The notes under the pieces were generated by a model that saw only the letters and a program-made list of their open reading frames with translations, did not search any database and was not told the origin of the DNA. Source: Bacteroidia bacterium (GTDB taxonomy: Bacteria; Bacteroidota; Bacteroidia; AKYH767-A; OLB10). From it: a DNA stretch of 64,000 nucleotides. This document shows, piece after piece, positions 26,575 through 36,356 of this stretch; within the stretch, counting starts at the first letter, position 1, and each line of letters begins with the position of its first letter. The DNA is taken from assembly GCA_023262505.1 (NCBI GenBank), contig JALRAP010000005.1, positions 56-64,055 of the forward strand. Direction: 5' to 3'. Made by a program: the position numbers and the translations under genes.

Positions 26575-27519
26575 ATGGAGGGAAGGTTACCAATTGAAAA
26601 AACTCCCAAGGGGTTGCATTTCTGGCCTGGCGACTTCCATCTCGACCCTAAGCGCGGGGTTGATAGAGCGGTAGTATCGCACGGACATGCTGACCATGCA
26701 ATTCCATCCAATCGCGAAGTTTGGTGTACGCCCGCAACAGCAGCCATCATGCATGCCCGATACGGCTCTAAACTTAAGTCGGTCATCCATCCGATTGAAC
26801 TGGAACAACCGTTTCAAATCAACGGCATACAATTGAGTTTCCATAGCGCTGGACATATGCTAGGCTCAGCACAAACATTGATCGAACACAACGGCATCCG
26901 ATACTGCTATACGGGGGATTTCAAAACCACCCACGACCCTTCATGCGAGCCTTTCAAAGCTGTTCGTTGCGATGTTTTGATTACCGAGACCACCTTTGCC
27001 GACCCCGAATACGATCATCCAAGTGACTCGGATGAGCTGGACCGGTTAGAGGCTTGGGCCGGTTACACTTGGGTGGTTGGTGCCTACAGCTTGGGAAAGT
27101 CCCAGCGTATCACACGACTATTAACCGAACGATTCCCAAACCGAAAGGTCATGGTTCATCCCGAGCCAGCAGTATTTCATCGAATATATGAGGACTACGG
27201 CATGGGTTTGGGCGAGTGGGAACATTACGATCACCATGCCTTCAAGCGTACCAATGATTTGATTTTAATCGTACCCCCCAAGGTCCTATCCAGTTTTCAT
27301 GGTAGGCCAGGGATTGTTACAATGTTTGCCACCGGCTGGAAACGACCTTACATTAGGGCAACACATCACATGCAAATAAGTGACCATGCCGATTGGGGTG
27401 AATTGTTGAGGTTAGTGGAATCAAGTGGTGCCACCACCATCATGGCCGTTCATGGCAGCGGAACAGAGTTGCAAAACCACCTTCAAAAAGCGAAGCCACA
27501 TATCAATGTAATACTTTAG
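26575..27519 (+). CDS. MBL/beta-CASP exonuclease (similar to ligase-associated DNA damage exonucleases)
   Basis: SHGHADH, AGHMLGS, YTGDF, LITETTF, YSLGKSQR and SDHADW motifs. Confidence 0.82.
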   Translation: MEGRLPIEKTPKGLHFWPGDFHLDPKRGVDRAVVSHGHADHAIPSNREVWCTPATAAIMHARYGSKLKSVIHPIELEQPFQINGIQLSFHSAGHMLGSAQTLIEHNGIRYCYTGDFKTTHDPSCEPFKAVRCDVLITETTFADPEYDHPSDSDELDRLEAWAGYTWVVGAYSLGKSQRITRLLTERFPNRKVMVHPEPAVFHRIYEDYGMGLGEWEHYDHHAFKRTNDLILIVPPKVLSSFHGRPGIVTMFATGWKRPYIRATHHMQISDHADWGELLRLVESSGATTIMAVHGSGTELQNHLQKAKPHINVIL

Positions 27520-27554
27520 TTAATAAGCACTTATTAATTGTATTACAATTATAT

Positions 27555-29072
27555 ATGAAAATATTAAATTCTGAACAAATTCGTTTGATGGATACCTACA
27601 CCATCCTAAACGAGCCTATTTCATCACTGGATTTGATGGAGCGGGCTGCTTCAGCGTGCGCCAAATGGATCTTACAAAACGTCCAAGTTGACCAACCAAT
27701 TCTAATTTATTGTGGAAGTGGTAACAATGGCGGTGATGGCTTGGCGATCACGCGAATACTATCAGAAAACAAAATAGATTGCAAGGCCATCTTACTGAAT
27801 TCCAAAGACAAACTAAGCGCAGACAACCAATCCAACCTCAATAGACTTATCGAAAAACACCCAGGTAGGATTCAGATTATTACAAATAATAATACCGTTC
27901 CGCCCCCTCCCAAAGAATCCTTAGTGGTGGATGCCATCTTTGGAACCGGTTTCAAGGGGGTTGCGACAGGCATTGAATCGGAGGCCATCAGAAAAATCAA
28001 TACATCTGGATGTGTTGTGATAGCAATCGACTTACCTTCAGGTATGGCTTCAAATGAAGCTACTCAAAAATCTATAAATAATGTAGTTAAATCAAATCAT
28101 ACCTTAACTTTTCAATACCTAAAACCATGTTTGGTGATGCCCGAAAACATGGAGTTGATTGGACAGGTTCATGTATTGGATATAGGTTTAGACGCCCGAG
28201 GGCTTGGTCAGTTCGAATCCGAAATAGAACTCGTCAGTATTGACCTGATACGCAGTATAATCAAGGATAGGCCTGCATCCGGACATAAGGGTGAGTTCGG
28301 GCATGCTACCATCATGGCAGGTGGGACCGGCAAAGCTGGCGCTGGAGTATTGGCTGCAAAATCCTGCTTAAGAAGCGGTTGCGGATTAATTACCATGATC
28401 GTTCCGCAAACGGAGAACCCCATTTTCCAATCGTCCGTTCCTGAGGCCATGACTATTTGCTACGGGGAGAACAACACATCTGTTGCCATCCCAATAAAAA
28501 CCACAGCCTTAGCAGCTGGTCCAGGCATCGGCACCGGTCAAACAGCCAAAGAAACATTACATCACTTGATAGAAATTTGGGACAAACCGCTAGTTGCCGA
28601 TGCAGATGCCTTGAATCTGTTAAGCGAGTCACCCAACCTGCTCAACCGACTTCCCAAAGGCACTCTTCTCACACCACATGTGGGTGAATTTGAACGGCTT
28701 ATTAAAAAGTCCACACAAAACGATTTTGAGCGACTAGAAGAACAAAAGGCATCATCCAAAAAGCTAAATTGTATCATTCTGCTAAAAGGCGCTTTTACCA
28801 AAATAACCACCCCTGAGGGTCGCATTTGGGTAAACCCAACAGGCAATGCGGGAATGGCCAAAGGCGGCTCTGGCGATGTCTTAACCGGATTGATAGCCGG
28901 CCTGGCTGCGAGAGGCTACAGCTTGGAAGAGACTGCAATCCTGGGGGCTTATCTGCATGGTTTGGCGGGAGATCTGTGCGCAAAAAAACTAGGTATGGAG
29001 GCGATGCATGCGAGCGATATCATCGAGGCTATTCCACAAGCTTGGCAACAAGCTAACGACTACCAACTTTAA
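27555..29072 (+). CDS. nnr: Bifunctional NAD(P)H-hydrate epimerase/dehydratase
   Basis: LMERA, GNNGGDG, DAIFGTG, DADAL, TPHVGEF and GSGDVLTG motifs. Confidence 0.93.
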   Translation: MKILNSEQIRLMDTYTILNEPISSLDLMERAASACAKWILQNVQVDQPILIYCGSGNNGGDGLAITRILSENKIDCKAILLNSKDKLSADNQSNLNRLIEKHPGRIQIITNNNTVPPPPKESLVVDAIFGTGFKGVATGIESEAIRKINTSGCVVIAIDLPSGMASNEATQKSINNVVKSNHTLTFQYLKPCLVMPENMELIGQVHVLDIGLDARGLGQFESEIELVSIDLIRSIIKDRPASGHKGEFGHATIMAGGTGKAGAGVLAAKSCLRSGCGLITMIVPQTENPIFQSSVPEAMTICYGENNTSVAIPIKTTALAAGPGIGTGQTAKETLHHLIEIWDKPLVADADALNLLSESPNLLNRLPKGTLLTPHVGEFERLIKKSTQNDFERLEEQKASSKKLNCIILLKGAFTKITTPEGRIWVNPTGNAGMAKGGSGDVLTGLIAGLAARGYSLEETAILGAYLHGLAGDLCAKKLGMEAMHASDIIEAIPQAWQQANDYQL

Positions 29073-29120
29073 ATGAGGTTTATCAACTCAGATAGCTTCC
29101 AGTGTTGCTACCTTTGTGTC

Positions 29121-29216
29121 GGGTAAGTCTTATACGACCAGCTCCTGTGAACCTCCCCAGATCCGGAAGGAAGCAAGGATAAACGGTTGTAGCGGTGCGA
29201 TATAAGTAGCTTACCC
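29121..29216 (+). ncRNA. ffs: Signal recognition particle RNA (4.5S)
   Basis: Domain IV motif CAGATCCGGAAGGAAGCAAG; closing stem GGGTAAG...CTTACCC; TACCTTTG promoter at 29109-29116. Confidence 0.9.
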
Positions 29217-29276
29217 ACTTTTATTTTATACTGTTTTTCAATATTTTATAGCCAACATCTAAAGCATTAATTTATC

Positions 29277-29873
29277 ATGCTTATAGAGATTCACCCGGAG
29301 AACCCACAGCCTAGGAGGATTCAACAAGTGGTGGAAAGCCTCCAAAACGGTGGCATCATCATCTTCCCAACAGACTCTGTTTATGCCATGGGATGCGATA
29401 TTCGCCAAGCAAAGGCTTTCGAAAAGTTGTGTCGAATCAAGGGTATTAAACCACAAAAGGCTCAATTTTCCTTTTTGCTTTCCAGCCTATCTCACATTTC
29501 AGAATATACCAAACCATTCGACCGAGAAGTATTTAAACTACTCAAAGCCAATCTGCCAGGTCCCTATACCTACATTCTGGAGGCGAGTAGCTTGGTACCG
29601 ACCTTGTTCCGAAACAACCGAAAAACCATTGGTATCCGAGTGCCTAATTGTGAGATAACCCGTCAACTAATCGAAGGTATTGGCGGTCCGCTAGTTTCAA
29701 CGTCCATACATAACGACTCTGACCAGATCATGGACTACCTTGCTGATCCTGAAGAGATTCATGCCCATTTTGGCAAGGATGTAGACATAGTGATTGATGG
29801 TGGTCCCGGTAAAATAAAGCCCTCATCCATTATTGATTGTACAGGACCTGAACCGATGATGATTCGGGAATGA
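29277..29873 (+). CDS. YrdC/Sua5/YciO family protein
   Basis: IIFPTDSVY, LPGPYT, TIGIRVP and STS motifs. Confidence 0.9.
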   Translation: MLIEIHPENPQPRRIQQVVESLQNGGIIIFPTDSVYAMGCDIRQAKAFEKLCRIKGIKPQKAQFSFLLSSLSHISEYTKPFDREVFKLLKANLPGPYTYILEASSLVPTLFRNNRKTIGIRVPNCEITRQLIEGIGGPLVSTSIHNDSDQIMDYLADPEEIHAHFGKDVDIVIDGGPGKIKPSSIIDCTGPEPMMIRE

Positions 29874-29908
29874 GGAACAGCTAACTTTACGGCCCCAATA
29901 CCCGCCCA

Positions 29909-31039
29909 TTGAAAATCATCATACTTGGTCCAGCCTACCCTCTTCGTGGGGGCATCGCCAACTTCAACGAGGCGCTTTGTAGAGAGTTGAACCAGATGGG
30001 ACATACCTGTTCGATTGTCTCCTTTTCGCTCCAATACCCTGGATTCCTGTTCCCTGGAACTACCCAATTGGCTTCTGATGATCCAGCTCCCGAGGGATTG
30101 AAGATTGAAACCCTCTTGAATTCGGTAAACCCAATCAGCTGGATAACAACCGCAAACCATATAAAACGTCAAAAGCCAGATCTAATGATAGTTCGATTTT
30201 GGCTACCGTTCATGGGTCCGGCATTGGGCTCAGTAATCAGGCTCGTTAAAAAAAACAGCAATATTCACGTGGTTGCAATCACCGATAACGTGATACCTCA
30301 TGAGAAACGTTTGTTTGATCAGTCGTTTACCCGATGGTTTCTAAGTGTTTGCGACTCCTTTACCACCATGACGCAAAGCGTAGCGCAGGATTTGTCAGTG
30401 TTTGGAGTAGCAGGCCCTGTTGTCGTTTCACCACATCCAGTGTACGACATATTCGGAACGCCCGTGGATCATGAGCAAGCCCGACAACAATTAGGAATTC
30501 ATCCCAACCAAAAACTGGTGCTGTTTTTTGGTTTCATCAGAAAGTACAAAGGACTGGACCTTTTGATCAGGGCTATGGCTGACACAAGGCTCAAATCGAT
30601 GGATGTGAAGTTGATAGTTGCAGGTGAGTTTTATGAAGAACCCAAGCCATATCAGGATCTGATTCAAGAACTTGGACTTGAGGAACAAATAATCCTCCAG
30701 GATTACTACATACCTAAAGAACAGGTCAAAACCTATTTTGGTGCGGCAGATATTGTAGCACAACCCTATCGAACAGCCACACAAAGTGGAGTTACACAGA
30801 TAGCCTATCATTTTGGCAAGCCTATGTTGGTGACTAACGTGGGAGGCCTACCCGAAATGGTGCCAGACGGAAAAGCCGGATACGTTACAGCTGCAGAACC
30901 AGAAGCCATAGCCCAAGCATTAGCCGACTACTTTTCAAATAACCGTAAACCGGAAATGGAGCGATTTGTAAGCATGCACAAGTCTGCATTCACTTGGTCT
31001 GGGTTTGCAAATGCATTGCTTCGCAATGCCGGATTCTGA
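29909..31039 (+). CDS. Glycosyltransferase family 4
   Basis: GPAYPLRGGIA, FFGFIRKYKGLD, ATQSG and TNVGGL motifs. Confidence 0.88.
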   Translation: MKIIILGPAYPLRGGIANFNEALCRELNQMGHTCSIVSFSLQYPGFLFPGTTQLASDDPAPEGLKIETLLNSVNPISWITTANHIKRQKPDLMIVRFWLPFMGPALGSVIRLVKKNSNIHVVAITDNVIPHEKRLFDQSFTRWFLSVCDSFTTMTQSVAQDLSVFGVAGPVVVSPHPVYDIFGTPVDHEQARQQLGIHPNQKLVLFFGFIRKYKGLDLLIRAMADTRLKSMDVKLIVAGEFYEEPKPYQDLIQELGLEEQIILQDYYIPKEQVKTYFGAADIVAQPYRTATQSGVTQIAYHFGKPMLVTNVGGLPEMVPDGKAGYVTAAEPEAIAQALADYFSNNRKPEMERFVSMHKSAFTWSGFANALLRNAGF

Positions 31040-31125
31040 TTAACGTCTGGCAATTAAACCCCGCTAGGGTTCAATTCCAAACTAACCGCCTCTTTACTAT
31101 TTTAGTCATCGCTAAAAACCTAACC

Positions 31126-32409
31126 ATGCGTTTAAAACCCACCCTTTCCACAATGTTTGTCGCCCTCGCCTGTTTTACGGCATCGGCGCAAGCCCCCAAA
31201 TGCCATACCGATGAGGCACATCAACAACTATTGAACTCCAATCCAGCCTTGATGCAGCAGCTGCAGTCAAACGAGATTTCAGTTCGGGAATGGATACAAA
31301 ACAACCGTAATGGTCAACAACGAGGCGCCTCTACCCTGGTAACCATTCCCGTGGTATTCCATGTCGTATATAAGAATAACACCCAGAACATAGCCGACTC
31401 CAACCTAGTTCGGCAGATAGATATCCTGAACGAATGCTACCGGCTTCAGAACACCAATTTCTCTCAAACCCGAGCAATTTTCGACACCATTGCCGCAGAT
31501 GTGGAGGTGGAATTCTGCCTTGCCTCGGTTGATCCATCAGGAAACCCTACCAACGGCATCACCCGAACCCAAGCACCTACATCGGCATTCTTTGACCCGC
31601 TTCTTGGTTTCGACAATGTGAAAAGGTCGGCTAATGGTGGTAAAGACCCATGGCCAGCTGATCAATACCTGAACATCTGGATCTGTGACATGAGTTTGTT
31701 CGGGCTCACCGCGGTTTTGGGTTACGCCCAGTTCCCCGGTGGTGACCCTCTTACGGATGGCGTGGTGATCCAATACCAGTTTACTGGATTCATGCCCAAC
31801 AACACCACCAACAACAAAGGAAAAACCACTGTGCACGAAGTGGGACATTGGCTAGGTTTGCGACATATCTGGGGAGATGGACAGGGCTCCTCTACCCCAT
31901 GTGACTCTTCAGACTATGTAGACGATACTCCGAATGCCGACACGGCAAGCCAACAAACCTGCGTCATCAAAAACTCTTGCACTAATGAATCGGCCTATTG
32001 GAACAGCATCGGCGTTGATCCTCCAGACATGATTGAAAATTACATGGATTATTCGTATGATGATTGCATGACCATGTTTACTGAGGGACAAAAGGACCGC
32101 ATGCTTGGATTCCTGAATACAGTTCGCACGTCAATCATCACCTCACCTGGCTGTGGCAATACGTCGACATTAGAACTGGCTGAATACCCACTGACCCTAT
32201 ATCCAAATCCAACTCACGACAAGATCCAAATCACATCAACGAACTTAAATCCAAAGCAAATTGAAATTTCCGATTTGTCAGGTAAGCTATGGATGCAAAC
32301 AGATGAGATAAATACACTGGATGTAACCTCACTACCTCAAGGCGTTTATTTCATAAAAGCGTTAATGCAAAACGGCAGCTTCCGAACCATGCGGTTCATC
32401 AAAAACTAG
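31126..32409 (+). CDS. M43 (pappalysin/ulilysin-like) zinc metalloprotease with T9SS type-A C-terminal domain
   Basis: HEVGHWLGLRH, NYMDY Met-turn, and LYPNPT...GVYFIK...FIKN C-terminal domain. Confidence 0.9.
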   Translation: MRLKPTLSTMFVALACFTASAQAPKCHTDEAHQQLLNSNPALMQQLQSNEISVREWIQNNRNGQQRGASTLVTIPVVFHVVYKNNTQNIADSNLVRQIDILNECYRLQNTNFSQTRAIFDTIAADVEVEFCLASVDPSGNPTNGITRTQAPTSAFFDPLLGFDNVKRSANGGKDPWPADQYLNIWICDMSLFGLTAVLGYAQFPGGDPLTDGVVIQYQFTGFMPNNTTNNKGKTTVHEVGHWLGLRHIWGDGQGSSTPCDSSDYVDDTPNADTASQQTCVIKNSCTNESAYWNSIGVDPPDMIENYMDYSYDDCMTMFTEGQKDRMLGFLNTVRTSIITSPGCGNTSTLELAEYPLTLYPNPTHDKIQITSTNLNPKQIEISDLSGKLWMQTDEINTLDVTSLPQGVYFIKALMQNGSFRTMRFIKN

Positions 32410-32417
32410 CAAACAGC

Positions 32418-33575
32418 TTATTTCAGTGAATTGAAATGGAAAGGGCATTTACCCTTTTTCTGTGTTTGCGCAGTATCCACCCTGCCAGCGCTCGGGATGA
32501 TGGAACGATAGAAAAAGTTGGGGCCAACGACCTTGTTAACCAGTTCCGAGTGGAATATTGGAGAAGCGGATGACGACATAGGCGGCACCACCCAACTCCA
32601 ATCACCGGTAGACTCACGGCCATGCTGCTCTTCAAGCCGTAAAAACTGCATGAATTGTTCCGAAGCATCGTGATGGTTCTCGATAGCCACACCTGCCTTG
32701 CGGAAAGAATAGATAACCGCCCTATTCAGCTCAACCAAAGCTTTGTCTTTCCAAAGCGAATCTGAATTGCTTGTATCCAAACCCATTCTCAATGCAACTT
32801 CGGGAAGCTTGTTGTATCGGTGAACATCGCCGAAGTTTCGGCTACCGATCTCGGTACCCATATACCAACCATTGAAGGGAGCAATAGGATACACAACACC
32901 ACCAATCTCCAAAACCATATCAGATATGGCGGGCACTGCATACCATTTCAATCCAAGATCCTCGAACCAGGGAAAATCAGGGTGCTTGATATCAACCAAC
33001 ATTTCTGGTTGGATGGATGGCTGATGCATTACGGTAGTACCATCTGATTTGGAGATCACCCATGGCAGCACGTCAAAATCGGTTTTAGGATCAACCTCCC
33101 AGCCTAATTGATTACAGGTTTTGGTGAAAACCTCCTCCGCCGGATCACCTTTTCCGTTTCCATGCCCCGCAAAGCGGATCAGTTGATGGTTGAGTAATTG
33201 AAAATCGGCTCTCGGACTGAAAATCGTTATAACGGACAATACTTCTCCTTTGTTGAAAGCCAGATCCAAGTGGTTCTGCAATGCGTCAAAAACGTGTGAT
33301 GGCTCATTGATTTCCCGAGCGTCAACCACTTTGAGGGACTTCCAATAAAGCCTACCGATGCAACGATTGGAATTGCGCCAGGCCATCCGACAACCGTGAG
33401 CCAGTTCGCGAATCGTATGCACATAGCTTCCTGTTTCCAAAATCTCCCGCTCAACATCTTGTTTACGGGCGGATAATTCATCCAGTAAACCGAGCTCAGC
33501 ATAGCATTGATCCAAAAAGACACTTGCTCTTGGCCAAACCGATCCTGCAGGCAAGGAGTAAGAATTGATGCTCAT
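32418..33575 (-). CDS. nos: Nitric oxide synthase oxygenase (bacterial, no reductase domain)
   Basis: AWRNSNRCIGR heme-Cys motif, PFNGWYMGTEIG, DWSWVVPP and PNFFY. The start may extend to 33605. Confidence 0.92.
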   Translation of the reverse strand: MSINSYSLPAGSVWPRASVFLDQCYAELGLLDELSARKQDVEREILETGSYVHTIRELAHGCRMAWRNSNRCIGRLYWKSLKVVDAREINEPSHVFDALQNHLDLAFNKGEVLSVITIFSPRADFQLLNHQLIRFAGHGNGKGDPAEEVFTKTCNQLGWEVDPKTDFDVLPWVISKSDGTTVMHQPSIQPEMLVDIKHPDFPWFEDLGLKWYAVPAISDMVLEIGGVVYPIAPFNGWYMGTEIGSRNFGDVHRYNKLPEVALRMGLDTSNSDSLWKDKALVELNRAVIYSFRKAGVAIENHHDASEQFMQFLRLEEQHGRESTGDWSWVVPPMSSSASPIFHSELVNKVVGPNFFYRSIIPSAGRVDTAQTQKKGKCPFHFNSLK

Positions 33576-33683
33576 ACTTATCGTTGGAATTACTTTAACA
33601 TGCACAATTCTAAAAAAGTTAAAAAATCGATGGAATTGTACATCCAGACGTCAATTCAACTATGAAAACAACCAATTGGAAAA

Positions 33684-34643
33684 TCAAATATTGGTCGATT
33701 CCGAAACTTGATAACGGTTACGGTCGGGAGCATTCCGGGCAATCATTTCTCCCAGGAAACCGGCTAAAAACAATTGTGTGCCCAATATCATGGCCAACAT
33801 ACCGAAAAAGAAAAGAGGGCGATCGGTCATGTTGTATACTTGAAAGAAGTACTTGTCAACAGCCAGCTTTACAGCAATTCCAAATCCTACCAAAAAACTA
33901 AAGGTACCTAAGAGTCCGAAAAAGTGCATGGGGCGCTTACCGAATCGGGAAACAAAAGTGATGCTCAATAGGTCGAGGAAACCGTTCACAAATCGCTCAA
34001 GGCCAAACTTGGTTGTGCCGTACTTGCGCGGACTGTGTTGCACTACTTTTTCAGCTATACGGTTGAAACCCGCCCATTTGGCGATAACAGGAATGTAGCG
34101 GTGCATTTCGCCATACACTTCGATATTCTTGATTACCTCGTTGCGATAGGCTTTTAGACCGCAATTGAAATCATGCAGATTATGGATGCCACTCATTTTC
34201 CTGGTAGCCCAATTAAAAAGCCTTGTAGGAACGGTTTTGGTGATGGGGTCGTAGCGTTTTTGCTTCCATCCGCTCACCAAATCATTACCTGAACGAATCA
34301 TTTCCACCAGTCCCGGAATCTCATCTGGACTGTCTTGCAAGTCCGCGTCCATGGTGATTACCACTTCACCCTGTGCCTGTTCAAATCCAGCGTTCAATGC
34401 GGCTGACTTGCCGTAATTGCGTCTGAAGCGGATGCCCTTGACGCGTTTATCAGCGGCTGCAAGCTCACGAATCACCGACCAGGACTTGTCTTTGCTGCCA
34501 TCGTCAACCAAAAGCACCTCATAACTGAAGTTGTGGGCATCACAAACTTTAGCTATCCAGGCAACCAGCTCCTGTAAAGATTCCTCCTCATTAAACAGGG
34601 GAATCACCAAGGACAGATCAAGCGAGTGGGTTTGATTGGTCAT
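33684..34643 (-). CDS. GT2 polyprenol-phosphate glycosyltransferase (DPM1/ArnC-like)
   Basis: VDDGSKD, TMDADLQD, DFNCGLK and GEMHRYIP motifs; two C-terminal transmembrane helices. Confidence 0.9.
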   Translation of the reverse strand: MTNQTHSLDLSLVIPLFNEEESLQELVAWIAKVCDAHNFSYEVLLVDDGSKDKSWSVIRELAAADKRVKGIRFRRNYGKSAALNAGFEQAQGEVVITMDADLQDSPDEIPGLVEMIRSGNDLVSGWKQKRYDPITKTVPTRLFNWATRKMSGIHNLHDFNCGLKAYRNEVIKNIEVYGEMHRYIPVIAKWAGFNRIAEKVVQHSPRKYGTTKFGLERFVNGFLDLLSITFVSRFGKRPMHFFGLLGTFSFLVGFGIAVKLAVDKYFFQVYNMTDRPLFFFGMLAMILGTQLFLAGFLGEMIARNAPDRNRYQVSESTNI

Positions 34644-35172
34644 GTTGAGCAGGAGGTTGTTTTCGTCGGAGAATCAACGCAGCGATCAAAGATAAGAATA
34701 AGGCGCCCAAAAACTTAGAGAGCGACTCGCTGTAGGCGAATTGGCCGAGCGTAATGTTTTCATAGGCTTCGTAAAGGTCATCAGCTTTGAATATGCTATT
34801 GGAAGAGAAAATCCGCTCCATGGCTTCCGCATTGCGGAGCAACTCGTTACGTGCGTCCGTGAGAATTTCAGGGAAAGCGAAAGCTCCGAGCAGGAAAAGC
34901 AACAGACCGTACAACAAAAAGGCAAAAAAAGACAAGGTCATCCCCCCGAAGTAGGCATGTCGAAAAGAGATATAACCTTCACCTTCATTTTCCCTTAGAG
35001 ATTTGACAAACCTATGGAGGTACACATACGTGATAATCCATCCCAATGCCATTGCTGGATGGTAAATGCTGCCTCCACCCGCCAGGATAGTTACCAACAA
35101 AGCAATCTGAGATATCCCGCAAAAGAATCCATAACGGATTGAGAGCGGCAAAATCAAGTGGCGGTTAATCAT
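34618..35172 (-). CDS. DUF4199-like membrane protein
   Basis: Four transmembrane helices; GYISFRHAY motif; directly upstream of the GT2. Confidence 0.65.
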   Translation of the reverse strand: MINRHLILPLSIRYGFFCGISQIALLVTILAGGGSIYHPAMALGWIITYVYLHRFVKSLRENEGEGYISFRHAYFGGMTLSFFAFLLYGLLLFLLGAFAFPEILTDARNELLRNAEAMERIFSSNSIFKADDLYEAYENITLGQFAYSESLSKFLGALFLSLIAALILRRKQPPAQHDQSNPLA

Positions 35173-35208
35173 AGCGCGAATTTACGCGATACAAACGAAT
35201 GGTTTCTA

Positions 35209-36258
35209 TCATTCTTGGCCCAGGAACCGGGCAAGACCCTCCCACCCTTCCATTCTTTCGGCCACTAAACGCAGAATGGCAGCAAACGGCACAAAAAGAA
35301 TCATTCCTGCGGCACCCCAAAGTATGCCTCCCAATATTATAACCATGAGGGTGGCTAGGGTATTGAGCTTTAACCGCTGGCTCACCGCCCAAGGGAAAAT
35401 CAGGTTGGCTTCGAGGTACTGCACGAAGGTGAAAATGGCGATGACCCCCAAAGGATACCAAGCGGAATCGTAAGTGATCCAAGCATAGGAAATTGGCAGT
35501 AACGATGCGATGATGATGCCTATGTATGGAATGAAGGTCATAAAGGCTGTCAAAAACCCGAAAAGTATGGCATGAGGAATACCCAAAACGAGTAAACCGA
35601 TGGTATTGAGCACCCCAACGGTCAGATAAACAACAATCATACCCCTTACGAATCCATAATAGGTCCCAACGGCCAAAACGATCACTTCACGCATGCGCTC
35701 CACCCTTCCTTTGCTGAAAAAGCCAAGCAAGAGGTCGACCAACATCCGCCGGTAATAGAGAATCAGGAAAGCATAAAAAGGTATCAATACCAACATCACT
35801 AAATTGACGAAAAACGAGATCGATGCCGCCTCAGCCCATGAGAATAACTTGGCGGCCATTGAATGGGCAAGATCCGAAGTCCATTGTTCAACTTCAATTG
35901 GATCCATATTGAACTCCCGAACGGCATATTCTTGAATTGACGTCCAAAGTGCGGCGATTTTATCCCGCATAACACCCCAGTCAGAGGTGAAATTCACGAA
36001 TTGAATGTATAGTGCTGCTACGATCAATGCACCAAGAATAAGCAATACCGATAACCCAACAGAAATGGCAAATGCCTTCGAAAAACCTTTGTTTTCCAAC
36101 TTGCGACAGAAGGGATAAAGAATAAAGCTGATGAATAAGGCAAATGCCAACGGTATGAACAAAGGCTTACCGAAATACAACAGCACACAACCTGCCAAAA
36201 TGGAGACAAGCCATTTGAATGGTTTGTCTATAGAAGATTCGTTTACGGGAGTAGGCAT
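35209..36258 (-). CDS. AI-2E family transporter
   Basis: Multiple transmembrane helices; FIPYIG, VQYLEANLIFP and GGILWGAAGMILFVP motifs. Confidence 0.9.
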   Translation of the reverse strand: MPTPVNESSIDKPFKWLVSILAGCVLLYFGKPLFIPLAFALFISFILYPFCRKLENKGFSKAFAISVGLSVLLILGALIVAALYIQFVNFTSDWGVMRDKIAALWTSIQEYAVREFNMDPIEVEQWTSDLAHSMAAKLFSWAEAASISFFVNLVMLVLIPFYAFLILYYRRMLVDLLLGFFSKGRVERMREVIVLAVGTYYGFVRGMIVVYLTVGVLNTIGLLVLGIPHAILFGFLTAFMTFIPYIGIIIASLLPISYAWITYDSAWYPLGVIAIFTFVQYLEANLIFPWAVSQRLKLNTLATLMVIILGGILWGAAGMILFVPFAAILRLVAERMEGWEGLARFLGQE

Positions 36259-36296
36259 AAAGCAGGACAGCCAAAGCTACAAATTTCAAAAAACAA

Positions 36297-36320
36297 GGGG
36301 CATGACAGATGTCACGCCCC
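36297..36320 (-). terminator. Terminator hairpin after the 525-aa gene
   Basis: GGGGCATGAC-AGAT-GTCACGCCCC with a T-run on the minus strand. Confidence 0.55.
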
Positions 36321-36356
36321 CGGGTTTTATTGGACTATAATCCTTAATCAAACTGA

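Noticed and set aside
29871-29873. Selenocysteine or recoded TGA
   Set aside because: It is not a Cys-equivalent position, and other genes in the window use TGA as a normal stop.
30994-31125. Upstream ORF-track extensions (also at 15910, 16395, 18199, 19493, 38867, 49018, 60692 and 63308)
   Set aside because: They overlap neighbouring genes or promoters, and downstream ATGs give proper N-termini.
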